A stretch of 63,975 bases of DNA, filler included, from Circinaria calcarea (Eukaryota): the NCBI GenBank assembly GCA_051942165.1. It is 4 parts of 4 records of this genome, joined end to end, with 100 filler letters (N's around TTAATTAATTAA, not from the genome) between each part and the next. Parts side by side here need not be neighbours in the genome. Positions count along the whole stretch, not along the records: positions 48,240 to 63,975 come from JAVECS010000352.1; 3 more parts are not named here. One strand, written 5' to 3'. The notes under the pieces were generated by a model. It did not search any database. It worked only from the letters and a program-made list of their open reading frames with translations, and was not told the origin of the DNA. This document shows, piece after piece, positions 49,119 through 60,801 of the stretch. Positions within the stretch are counted from its first letter, which is position 1, and each line of letters starts with the position of its first letter. A program made the position numbers and the translations under genes.

Positions 49119-50633
49119 TTGGCACATTCAGCTCCGGCCCCATCTGCTCTCTTAGACACTGCTGAGCTGGCTTCCTTGTTCCCTGATGTCGAATCTTCTA
49201 GTCTCGAGTCCTTGGATAAGTTCAGCGAGGTGCAAGTTCAACCGCATGATCCGAGGGCAGAGCGTGACTGGTTTCGAGAAGCAAATCCCTTGGACCGGTA
49301 TGTGCTGGTAGCCCTCACTTGCTGCGGTCTAGAAGTATTAGACTGAACAATTCTGTCTCGGAAAAGGTGGCGCTTGTCACTTCCCGAGCATGAGGTAGCT
49401 TCCGTCTCCCTGTATCGAGCGCTATCGTTTCTACACTTGAACCAGAGGGCAGTCTCTACCCATCGTCCCCAAGTCTCCACCATCCACACCATTCAACCGA
49501 TACTCTAGACTTCACGATACCTAGGGCACCCTCCACTATGTCTCCAGAGCTAGCAAGATCGAGTGGCTCCAAATATTCCTTCAGCTCGTTGATTTCCCCT
49601 CAACGGTCAGGGTACAATTGCTCGAGGTCTAATGGCTTACGCAGCCGGTCAAGAAAAAGGCTCGACTAAAAGAAGACGGCGCAGACCTGCTGTACCGATA
49701 TATAAATCGCATGATGAGAACGCAAAAAGACCTTACAAATGCATTCCTGCACGGGTAGTTTCAAGACGAAGTATCACTGGCAATGGCACCAAAAGACACT
49801 TTATCTGAATTTGGGACAATGGCAGTAGATCTCCCCTTTACGCATTCAATTCACCATCTCACAAACATGCTAATCCTACCACAGCTGCAATCCAATGGGA
49901 CCAATAAACCCTGCTGACCTCACCTGCTTGTTCTGCGGCCGCCCCAACCCATCCCCTGCCCACACCGATACCCACAATTATCACCCCTGCGCCGCCCAAG
50001 CCCCGTCTTCCGGACCTTCTATTGCAAAGACTACCTCCGGCAGCATCTCCACCTCTCCCACAACAACTGCAAACACCACCCCGACCATGGACGCCTGGGT
50101 CCTCAGCAGCATCCCCGCCATGCGCTCCCGCTGCGGCTTCTGCAATGCTACACTGACCGGCTGAACCGAACGTGTCGAACATCTCGCCATGCACGTTTGG
50201 CAGGGCAAGACGATAGACCACTGGGGAAGGCAAGAGGGGATTCGACGCCAAAGCCGACATGCTGGTCGAGAACGCCATCACGCCTTCCCCTATCGTTTTC
50301 GAAAGAAAAACCCGCGACCCCTTTTCCGCCAGCAACGTCAGCCACCGATGGTGGAACCCAGCTACCAAAGCACCAACCACCGCCAGCGGCTCGACAGAAC
50401 CTCTCAGACACTGTCCCAGTCCAGGGCTCAAGCCCATGTTCATCTGTGTATACCAGTTAAAGCCCGGCTCTCGGCCTACACGAAGACGAACATCCGGCGG
50501 GGGCAACGTGCCGACGGACTGGTAGATCCACCATCACGCGCGGGTGCTGGTGAACGATGACGCGTACTCGGGGAACGGCACGCAGGCGGATTCGCGGGAG
50601 TGGATGGGGAGGGTGGGCGAGGAAAGAAACTAG
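49119..50633 (+). pseudogene. Decayed fungal (homeobox-)C2H2 zinc-finger transcription factor pseudogene; boundaries approximate
   Basis: Family motifs appear in order but across shifting frames: RPYKC../CTGSFKTKYHWQWHQKTLYLNLGQW; CLFCGRPNPSPAHTDTHNYHPC; RTFYCKDYLRQHLHLSH; SRCGFCNATLTG*TERVEHLAMHVWQGKTIDHWG (TGA at the usual Trp, 50162-50164); GFDAKADMLVENAITP. Confidence 0.78.
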
Positions 50634-50857
50634 TTATCGCGCCTCACAAAAAGTCTACAAGTAACCCTATCCGTTGCGGAACGGGGATCCTGGGCAGCAA
50701 TGTTTTCCCCACAGGAGCGAAAGCGAGAAAATGACCGACGGGCATTTTCTCTCCTCCGCGCTAACGGTAGCATAGAATAGACCCTCGGTTTGGTCATTCC
50801 ACTACACACTGATAGATTTCACTCTGTGCCGGCCGGTATCCGACAAGACAAGACCTG

Positions 50858-50887
50858 GGGAATGGGAATGGGAATGGGAATGGGAAT
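50858..50887. repeat. (GGGAAT)5 tandem repeat
   Basis: Read directly. Confidence 0.85.
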
Positions 50888-51502
50888 TCTAGATCCCAAA
50901 TTTCCCCAGCCCCAGGCCGAGTTTTTGCCCCCGCTCTGTAGATGTAGAGAGTGTTCTGTTCGTATGTAGCAACGTATAATGGGGGGCATATGGTAAGGGA
51001 TGCTGGCGAGAAATTTCCCAAACACACGTGTGGCGAGGTGCGAAGGGGTTTAGTTATTGTGGAATTTTAAGCGAGAAGGGGATGGATGGGAAGGGAAGGG
51101 GGAACGATGGGGATGTGGATTGGTTATAATAGGGACTTGGTAATAACATGGTTCATGCTAGTCCGTATTAATAGAATAGGAGGGTATAAGATCTATCTAA
51201 TTACAAATCCAGAGAAAAATAATCCAGTGAGTAAAGATAAGGCGTAAGCCAAGTCATGGAACGGGGTATAACCAAAAAAAATAAATAAACCAACAAGGGA
51301 CCTAGAAAACCTTCTCCCCTCCAATACCAAAAAAAGCTACGCAGTCCAGAACCCAAGGGTGTAGAAGAACCAAACCAACGAAAATGAACCAAGTCATGGA
51401 AACCTGGGATACAAAACCACCAAAGAACCCAACTTATCCAAAACCCTTTAAAAGTCCGAGAAACGCCCCCACAAACCCTATCGTCAAACTCCCCCAAAGA
51501 AA

Positions 51503-54500
51503 CTACCCCATTACCTTATCAAACACCGAAGCCGGTCCGCTCGCCCACTCGATCCTCGCCTCCGTGACGCCAGTCATTCGCATACGCCCGATGAAGCACT
51601 TCTTCCTTCCTTTGCCTTTGCCATTGTCCCCTCCGTTTCTAGCCACATTGGCTTTCAGCTCCAGCACCCGCCAGTCCCAGATCTCGATTGTTTCTCGGCA
51701 TTGGCGGATGATGGGATAGAGGGAGCGGAGAAAACGGCCTGTGGGGTTGCTTCGGTGGGATTCTACTAGGAGGATGATTTGCTTGTCGTGGTTCCCTGAT
51801 GCGGTGAGTGATAAGATATCAGCGAAGGAGAGAACGGTTCCATCGAAGGGCGGGAGGAGATCTTCAGTTAGGTATGGGATTTTGGAGATACATGGACTGA
51901 GCACAGTAATGCAATTGGAGAAGTCAGGAATTGAGTGAGTGCGGGAAGGCGGCACGATAACTTGAGGAGGGGGAGACGATAGCATCGTACTATCGAACGC
52001 ACAAGCTGAGAATGGAGACGGCGACCGAGGCGAGCTGGAGTCCTCGGATACCGTTGTCTCACGAACAGATGAAGAGAGCGGTGGTGATTTCTCTCTCTTG
52101 TTCATGTAAGGCTTCACCTCCGTGCCAAGGGTCATCTTTCGAATTAGAGCTAGACGAGGCGGTGGTCCTTTAGGGTTCGCCGTTGTGGTTTGGCGGCTTG
52201 TAGTCGATCGACGTTGGCGCGCGGAGTTTGTGATTTCGGACAGTGCGCTGGTGTGCCATTCGCAGTTGAGATTCTCGGGTTGGTTTGGCGAGCTATCCAA
52301 TTTATCTGTTACCGAATCTGAGGTCCTTAGGAAACATCGTCTTTTGCTCGTCCTCGGATTGTTCTCAATGCCCTCGACATCTGCTGTTCGCTTGGAAGCT
52401 GTAGGAAGTTGACTGGACCGGGGTAGCCGTAGAGCTCGCTTTTCTGAAACACTGCAAGTATCTTTTGGGGAGGAGTCTACAGGAGCAGGTAAGGTTGTCC
52501 CTGTGGCATCGGTCGTGCTGAAGTGTGGTGAAGATGGTCTTGACGTTAACTGACCAGACTTTAAATTCATTTCTGTTGGCACCATTTCTTCCATCTCCGT
52601 ACGCACAAAGAAAGCTGTCTTCGAAGGCCTTGCATTTCTAGGTGGGCTTTTTGCAGGAGACGTGAGCACCAATTCGGAGCCACTATCGTTATCTTGCGAG
52701 TGTCCCCAACTGAGAACGCTGCCCTTACCGCTTTCTGATGTTCTGATCCTTTCGAACCAGTTAGAGACATCTGTTGAGATATCACCTTCTGGTACCGCTC
52801 TTGCCTCTGTGGCCAGCACTTGCAGCTCATTAAAGCATACTGCGTCCTTGAAATTTTTATCCCAAAGAATCTTCACTACCCTCGGAAAGCGGAGAGTGAA
52901 GTGGTCGCGATTTGGTGGCTTGTCAAAACCACTACCCATGACTTCGAAGACAAACGGCTTCTTGAATACCGTATCCATCTGGCAGAGGAGACCTGAACAT
53001 ACAGAGAAGTCAAAGAAATCTTTTGCGGCATGAGAGACACTTGGCTCGGCCACGAACTGGCCTAGCTGGCACAACCTCTTGAGGTCGCTCTTCGTGATGC
53101 TTTGGTTAAAAGCGTCGATAACAAGAAATTTAGGCTTCGCTCCGGTGCGCAGCACATCGCCCTTGTTCTGCAAACATCCAATATGGAAATATGTCCATTT
53201 GAGACCAGTAAGACCTAGTCTTTTAGCCTCTTTGGCATCATAGCCAGCTCCAACAATAGCAAAATCGGCGGTGTCACCAAGTCCCTTGATGTAATCTCGC
53301 TTCAACTTGAACCAGCAACTGCGATATCTGTTATGTTGGTAATCGTCAAAGTTGACATATGGATCGTCGCAAGGCTTCAAGACATAACCTTCCCATCTCT
53401 GTGTAAATGCAAGGGCGAGGGCTTGTAGGAGCTGCAAAGCGGTCTTGGAGCTGGAGAAGTTGATCTCCTGAACAGTAGCTAGGTCTGCCCTACCAGGTAT
53501 GGTTTGTACTAGGTCCTGAAGTCGCTTTCTCCTGCGAACATATGGCTGGTTCATCACAGTGTCGTCATCAACTAACATAACGTCAAAGAATATGATCATT
53601 AGATGTTCCCATGTGGCCGGCCTATGGTAGATTAGCGGATACTCCTCTTCAGACGACGGCGTCCTCACTGTGAGTCCTTCCCCGTACCAAGGAAAACACC
53701 GGATCGAGACACATGTTTTCTGATCTTGTGGAACTCGAGCGATTTCCTCTTCCGGTCGTCCCACACCAGCAATTCGCCTTCTAGGATGCATCGACGAGAG
53801 ATACGGCATTCATGCTCTCCAATCCTTAGACATTTCCTGATTGTGCTATGCACCTCAGTCTTATCAAACGTGGAATCTTTTCCACTTTTCGAAAAGATTT
53901 GGATCTCATTGCCTTCCTTTAACAGGTCGATGTGGATCTGGCAGTACTCTCCATCGTACTTACGTTCGAGGCTCATCATCCTACCACGAGCTACTTGCAT
54001 CGCATGCTTGACGCTCCGTATCTTGAAAAAGTGCGGTCTTCCAATCTTCACTCCGATCTTTGGGACAATGATTCTAGCGGCCAAGGCTTTCTGCGTCTTT
54101 GCCTCTCGGGATCCTGGCGTAGGGTTCATCTGCCCTATTTCCGGCCCTTTCAGGATAGTACAAGCTGCTTCAAAGTTGTCGTGAACCCTGAGAAGAGTGG
54201 GCAGGAGCTGATGAAAAGACGCAAAGACCAGGCTTTCTGGCAATATGACCGGCGAATAGTCCTTCAGTATCATCCTTGTGAGCCACTTGGCCTCTCTGGA
54301 TTGCAGCCTGAGGTATACATGACTGAGCCTCTGACCCACGGTGATTGCGCTGGTACCTGCATTCCGGACTCGGATATCCGGTCCAGAGAAGTTGCTACGA
54401 CTTGCAATTTCAGTCAACATAGCGTCAACCTGGTCAACTGTAACCTCATTCGACGTTTGTAAGGGAAATTCTGCTTGTGATAGTACTCGCTCAACACAAT

Positions 54501-54825
54501 CTGCAAGATCGCCGCATCCTGGCTGCTTCCATCTCTCCAGGTCCTTCAATCTGCTAGATCCAAATCCCAGACAACGGCTAAGAACCTTGGTCAGAGACGG
54601 AGGTTGGAGGCCATAAACACGATCAGTCCGCCGGGCAGGCAACAGGGCAGAGAGAAGGGCCACATCATGAGTGTCCTGGCTGTCTATAAGAGTCCTATGC
54701 GAGCGAAACCATTGGATGATTTCTTTCCGGGACTTTTCATCGGCCGCTTTGGGCAATAGAGGAGGATCGTGTGTAGCAATGGCTTCAAGGTTGGAGAGCA
54801 AATCACAGAATAATCTAAACTTCAT
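51503..54825 (-). CDS. ATP-dependent DNA ligase family protein (fungal ligase-like clade with no obvious tandem BRCT), 1 intron at about 53625-53668
   Basis: N-terminal DNA-binding domain (FCDLLSNLE...LLPARRTDRVYGLQ...EAKWLTRMILKD); motif I ERKYDGEYCQIH; QIFSKSGKDS; CILEGELL; FFDVML; WEGYVLKP; WFKLKRDYI; OB fold FEVMGSGF...LRFPRVVK. Confidence 0.9.
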
Positions 54826-57472
54826 GCTGCACAATGCACAGGAGTAGAGATGAGAATAATAATAAGATGACAGCAATAATGGAAGTCGCGTAAGGTTAGG
54901 GTAGCAAAGGAGGTATTCCAAAGCCAGACCGCTTGGAGCAGTGATACCTTTGCGTGATGCACATTGCAGCTGTGTAAATGAAGAAATATATATATAACGC
55001 AAATGGAAAGTGATTCAACACCTGAATCAACACATTATGTACGTACGGTGTAAACACAAAGCAAACACGAAGCAACACGAAGCAAACACGTGCTTTCCGA
55101 GTGCACTGATTCTACGCATCAAGATTAGCGCGGTTTCTGACTAAGCCCATGTACCTATTCGTTAGTAGGGTCCATGTAAATTCTTAGCAATTGAAAAGAG
55201 ATATGATGTTAAGGGTATCCTCCGGCGCATAGACCGGTGGTTCTACATCAAACGCGGAGCGTGTTTGGCGTATCTCGTAATTGTTTGCATGTGACCAAAC
55301 AGAGTTGTCCCGTAGAGTACGAGTTCCTCCTGTTCCACTGGACTTACCCGGCGGTCGCTTAATTGTTAAGCGAGTGGATATATATTCGATGCTCACCCAC
55401 CCATTTTTCTCTTCTTCTTCATCTAAGGTAAGCTTCATGACCCGCACCCAAAGGTGCAACCATCAACGCTCTACAACATGCTAACTTTTATCTCAGTGCA
55501 AGGGCTTTACGTGTAGCAATGAGGACTTGTCCGAGCTCATGTTTTTGCTAGTTGAAAACTATAACAACGACCACTCCTTTTGGTCTCCGGATCGACTGGG
55601 AATTTTTGGACAACACCTTTTCTTCCAAGAAGAAGACCATCTTTTCATCAACACCCTTCCTTTATGGAATGGTTTGGAGAAGAGAGTAGAGTAGAGCCTC
55701 GTTGTAGACTGAATCTTTGTGACCGCCTCGGATTGTGGTACATCAGGTCTGACTTATCCTTTGCAAAGGTACCTCAAGTAATCTTCCTAAGCTGTAACAT
55801 GTGTAGATGAGAGATGAAGTCTGGGAAGTCAGAGGGACTGTTGGACTTCCTCGCAAAGCTACCTTCAGAAAGGATTGATAGATTGCTCGTCGTATGCAAT
55901 AAGCCAATCAAATCCTAGCTCTGTGTTCAACCACCCTCCATAATCAAAAACACTGGCTAAACGATACGCTTTCCGATAGGACTACATGACCGTCGGTGGT
56001 ACAGCTCTCCTTTGGACGTAATATGCCCTCAGCATTTGCATTGTCAGGCTGTGAAGTGGTAGGTATGGGATCCACTCCTCCTAACCTCCGAATATATAGC
56101 TGCTGCTGGAAAGTCGAAATGTCTCTGCTCCGCTATCAGTTTCGGACGAAGTGAGGTGTATGAATCGAGACATGAAGCGACGTTTTCAGTGTTAGTACCG
56201 GTTCCGGGAGTGGCAGCAACAATGGTGCAATTGTGAGTTGATCTCCATATGCCTACGAAACAGTACAACGAGCTCCGCTAATTACTAGACTAGCAGGTGC
56301 CGCTCCTCCTTCTGGTCTATCTGGTTTGATAATCCAGGCGTTGGAACTAGAAAATATCCGCAACCGTTCCCACGTCGCATACCTTGAAGGTATCCTCTTT
56401 CCCGTCGGCCTGTCTTCTCCCTGCAGAGCCAGGAGGAGCAGCTTACAAAGTCGGTCGATCTACCAGGTCTTCTTGCATTTTACGGGTAGATGGATGGTGA
56501 CGAAGGAGAGGCGACACTGAAAGCGTAGGGAGAGATGCACCTGGGGGTCGTGGCAGGCTATCATATCATGGCCTCACTGAAGAACCCACGGAAAGCCACG
56601 TCAAGGTACGGTTGAATATGGTAAGGAGCGCAGAAAGAAGCTGTCAAAATCGAGATTTACAAATTGATTAGGTATCAGCTACAAATACAGATAACATGGG
56701 ACGAGTAGGTTAAGTTATAGCTTCGAAGTCCCAAACGCTAGGAATGGTGGATCAAAGGTTGACAAGCCTGCTGGGTATTTCCGGTCTGAAGATCAATCAA
56801 TGGCTTAAGTTCTGGGACCGTTATTGCATGTTGCTCCGGCTATCTCCATCTACCCAAAGGTTAAAAGAGCTTGAAATTCCTACCTGCAAGCAGGATTTTA
56901 GGGCATGATGGTGAGTCATCCGACAGTCTCTCCTTTGGATCTTCTACTTACCCAGATTAGGAGTCTGGACAGTCGGGTTGTTCGGCGTTAAAAGTCAGCA
57001 TTGTCTAGCATTTACCTGAGTCAGCCCATTCGATTGGGATAGATTGTGGTGCTTCATAATCTTCCCTTCTCAATCGCCAGTCAAACATGTATCTCTGCAA
57101 GATAAGGAAGACTTTGGAGTCTACACCGGTCTTTGCGGTTTGACGCAGAGGCGTTTCGGAATCTCGATTCGAGCAGCGATTGGCTCGCACCCTTGATAGA
57201 TGCGGCCGTTTTTGGAGCTAATCGTGCAATGTGTCACACGCCGAATTCCGCTTCTACATAGACAGCGAAGCTCCGAAAAAAAAAAGTGTCGACCTTCCGG
57301 GGGCGCAACTCAATCGCACATGCTATACACGTCTCACACGTCGTTATATGATGAATACCTGGTTCCCACCGTACATTGGAATTTTCTGCGAGATATATAA
57401 CTTCTTTACCACACAGACCCTTGTTCGTGAATCTTCTCATCTGGCAAACTAGTGTCAATTACTTGAGAGACA

Positions 57473-58855
57473 ATGGATAAGTCCAAGCCGCGTGTGCTGA
57501 TAATTGGTGCAGGCTTAGGCGGTTTGGCACTCGCTCAGGCCCTTCGGAAGCAGCATGTTCCATTCCAAATCTTCGAACGTGATATTGGTCCTGAAACACG
57601 GTCCCAAGGCTGGGCTGTATCCCTCCATTGGTATAAATTGTGTCGTGGCTTTCGGAGGGTATTGCTGATCAATAGTTTGATAGGATTCTAAAGGACTTGT
57701 TGAGTTCGACTTTGCGCGATGTGCATTCCCTTGAAAGATGCAGTGTCACTCATGAACTTGGTATCTCAGCCGAGTTCTCACTCTTCGATGCACATTCAGG
57801 CAAACAACTGGGAAATGTGGTTGGCCGAAGCCCCGATGGAGATCTTACAATGATCCGTGTTAATAGGGCCCGTTACCGTGACTGGCTTCTAAAGCATCTC
57901 GAGATCAATTGGAATAAGCGCTTCTCATATTATGAGGAATTTGAAGACGGAGTAAAGGCGTTCTTCGATGATGGCACCGTGGCTATTGGAGAAATCATTG
58001 TCGGGGCAGATGGTATTAATAGTTATGGTGAGTTTTATTATCCTGTAGGGGTTTTGAATATCACACTGACAAGAGCGTAGTACGAGGTCATATGCTGAGA
58101 GCGAACCCCCCACAGCTAAATCGTATTCCACTTGGGCTTGTTATGGGCCAGGTCAGTCTACCAAAGTCGCAGTATGAACAGCAGCTCGCAATCTCACCAT
58201 CTTTTTACTTCTGCTACGGAAAAGGATTTGGTCTTTTCAATGGTCTCATGGAAATTTCCAAGGATAAGTCTACAGCTGATTACTACTGGATGTTGTCATG
58301 GAAGGACCCTAAGGCCATGGATCCCGTCAGGTACTGGACAAGCATAGCCTCCCAGAAGGAGATGCTTGACTTCGCCGTTGAAAAAGTCAAGGGCATGGAC
58401 CGAAGACTCTCGGAACTGGTACGGATGACGAAACCCGAAGGCATACTTCTTCCACCAATCCAGGTCAGAGACCTCGTGCCCACAAAGATGCCGCTGGGAC
58501 GAGTCACCTTGCTGGGAGACGCTGTGCATCCGATGACTTTCTGTAGGTTAACTCGATCCTCTAGATCTCAACGACTTATTGACATTGACTAGTCCGTGGC
58601 GAGGGAGCGAATCACGCCATGCAGGATGGCCTGAACTTGGCTCGAGCCATCAGCCAAGCAGCTGCCAATTCCGAAGGGATGGGAGCAGGGGCAAGACTGG
58701 ATGTGCCCAAGACACTGAAGTTATACGAAGAGGAAATGCTGGAGCGGAGCAAGGCAGCGGTATTGTCCTCGAGGGAAGCTGCCACAGTGCTAGAATTTCG
58801 GCCAGGCTTGATTCCTGGGGTCGAGCTGGCTACAGACGTTAAGGTGGTGGATTAG
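57473..58855 (+). CDS. FAD-dependent monooxygenase (class A flavoprotein hydroxylase), 3 introns
   Basis: VLIIGAGLGGLALA (GxGxxG), IFERD, IIVGADGINSYVR (DG motif), RVTLLGDAVHPMTFFRGEGANHAMQDG (GD motif). Confidence 0.92.
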
Positions 58856-59118
58856 TCAAGTTTGATAAAGTGTGCAAAAGTGGTGTAGAGCCGAGAAAGG
58901 ACTTATGTTCACGTCAAATGAGTAAGGCTTTTTGTACGGAGTAGTGCCACCCATACAGGTGAAGAGCAAGATGCTGGAGTAATCGCCTTCTTTGGTAAAC
59001 TTGTTAAACTAATGATACGACTCATGCTACCTGACTTGATCGACATGTATGAATTCGGTCTTGACCTCCGAGGCCTAAGGGCTACTGTGACGGCCCAGTT
59101 AAGCAACCTCGTCGCCCA

Positions 59119-59766
59119 CTATTGCTTCTGAACACCTGGTTGTCTGATCATCAGCTTTCCCCCGCTCATGTTCTTGCCGTCCTCCCCAACAAAGTCCGAA
59201 ATAAAGTCTCCGACCTCAACATACCCATGCTTCTCATACAGCGGCTTCCCCTCGTCCGATGCCTCCAGGTAGCATGGTAGACCCAGCTCATCCGCCTTTT
59301 GGCTACCCCAGGTCAGGAGCTGTGTTGCGGCTCCCCTCTTCCTATACTCAGCCTCTGTCTCGAGCCATCTCAGTAAGCAATGAGGCTTTCCCCCCAGGAT
59401 CTGTTTGCGACTGTCATACAGCTGGCGAGAGTACTTCAAGCAGGCGTCCAGGGATGGCGTATCAGGTGACCAGTCAAACTGACTGTCCCGGGCAAGCTCC
59501 TCCTCACCACGACTGTGAGTGTAGACGTTCCACAGAATAGCGGCGATGATGGTGCCGGTTGAATCATCGGTGACTTTGAGCAAGTGCGTACTGGGATCAT
59601 TGGCGAGCAGATGGTGGTAACGCGCCTCGACCACGAGTTTGCGTGAGACGGTGGCGCCGAGGGGGAAGAGGACGCGGTAGATTGGCCATGCCGAGAAAAT
59701 CTCGGTTTCCAGTTGTGCTATTCGAGGCACGTCTGCTGGAGTGGCGTGAGCTAGGGTAAGAGTCAT
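59119..59766 (-). CDS. GNAT-family N-acetyltransferase
   Basis: TLAHATPADVPRIA; motif A LETEAEYRKRGAATQLLTWG; ADELGLPCYLEASDEGKPLYEKHGY. Confidence 0.9.
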   Translation of the reverse strand: MTLTLAHATPADVPRIAQLETEIFSAWPIYRVLFPLGATVSRKLVVEARYHHLLANDPSTHLLKVTDDSTGTIIAAILWNVYTHSRGEEELARDSQFDWSPDTPSLDACLKYSRQLYDSRKQILGGKPHCLLRWLETEAEYRKRGAATQLLTWGSQKADELGLPCYLEASDEGKPLYEKHGYVEVGDFISDFVGEDGKNMSGGKLMIRQPGVQKQ

Positions 59767-60801
59767 GATGGCCAACGCATGCCTATCAACCTCTGGACCG
59801 GACCAGAAAGGAGTGGGGAGGCAGAAAGGGAGACGAGACTCGGCGTGTAAGTATTGGGGATGACTTCACTAGGTGCCTACCGATTCGACTGGTTCTGCAT
59901 TAGTAATCTGGTCGGATATAATCCTGCAGCATCTCCTCGAGCACGATTCACGCGGCCAATCACCTGGAGCCCACAGTGACCACTTTCCCATGTGCCAGTG
60001 GCCGAGCGTGGCGAATAGGATGGCGAGGACAGCTGGAAGCTCTGCTGCAGGCTGCGATGTATGGTTTAGGTTGCAGCGGCACTTGCACTCGCCTCGATGC
60101 TGCTGATTTCCCTCACCGCCATCGTTGCACAGGACCGGCGCGACTATATCTGATGCATCCAGAGAGACTCCTACAGCGTACAGTGTCGCCATCTGTAACA
60201 GTCAACCTGTAGTCGTCCAGCGTACCAACGATCAACTCCAGCTCGAATGGGGGCCGTAGTCCGTGTTCATGTACACGATTCTAAACGGGAAATAGGGAGG
60301 ACGCGTTGCAAACATTGACAGGGATCGATTGTGTCTGCGCTGACCGGGTTTTGCGTCTTGCGTCTTGCGTCTTGGGCCTTTTGACTTTCGGCTGCCGTGC
60401 TTAGAATAAAATAAAATTTCCCTTCTCGACTACTCCCCGTAAACGAAAACGACCGTCAATTTGTCTATCTCCAAGTCCGGCGAAAACCTCCTCTTCCCTC
60501 CTTCCACCACCCCCATAACCCTTCCACTCATTCGGCGCCGGTGACATTCTTAAGAGAGGAGGACGCTGGTCTACGTCGAGGTCTCTTGTATCCTACTACT
60601 GAGTCGTCCACACTCGCCAGTATTTGCTTCGGGGCTACAACACAAACAACACCGACCCTCGGCCCATTTGAATCGTGCCGTGCGTAGGGCCACCACTGCT
60701 CAATTCCAGCGTATTTTTCTTTTACTGGCTGAGAGGTCGAGAAGGTGTGCTCTCACATCCTTCATGCAAGTAGGAGAGCAGAGACTAAAGTGGGAGGTAG
60801 A

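Noticed and set aside
50162..50164. TGA at a conserved Trp as recoding, selenocysteine or RNA-editing rescue
   Set aside because: The same gene carries several frameshifts, so simple decay explains it.
55184..56520. Short minus-strand ORFs between the ligase and the monooxygenase as a gene or pseudogene
   Set aside because: Protein-like patches are broken by many stops and I recognised no family motif; BLASTX would be needed.
59869..60212. Cys-containing ORFs upstream of the GNAT gene as a small secreted protein
   Set aside because: No signal peptide or consistent frame; probably promoter/UTR sequence shared by the GNAT and NRP1-like genes.
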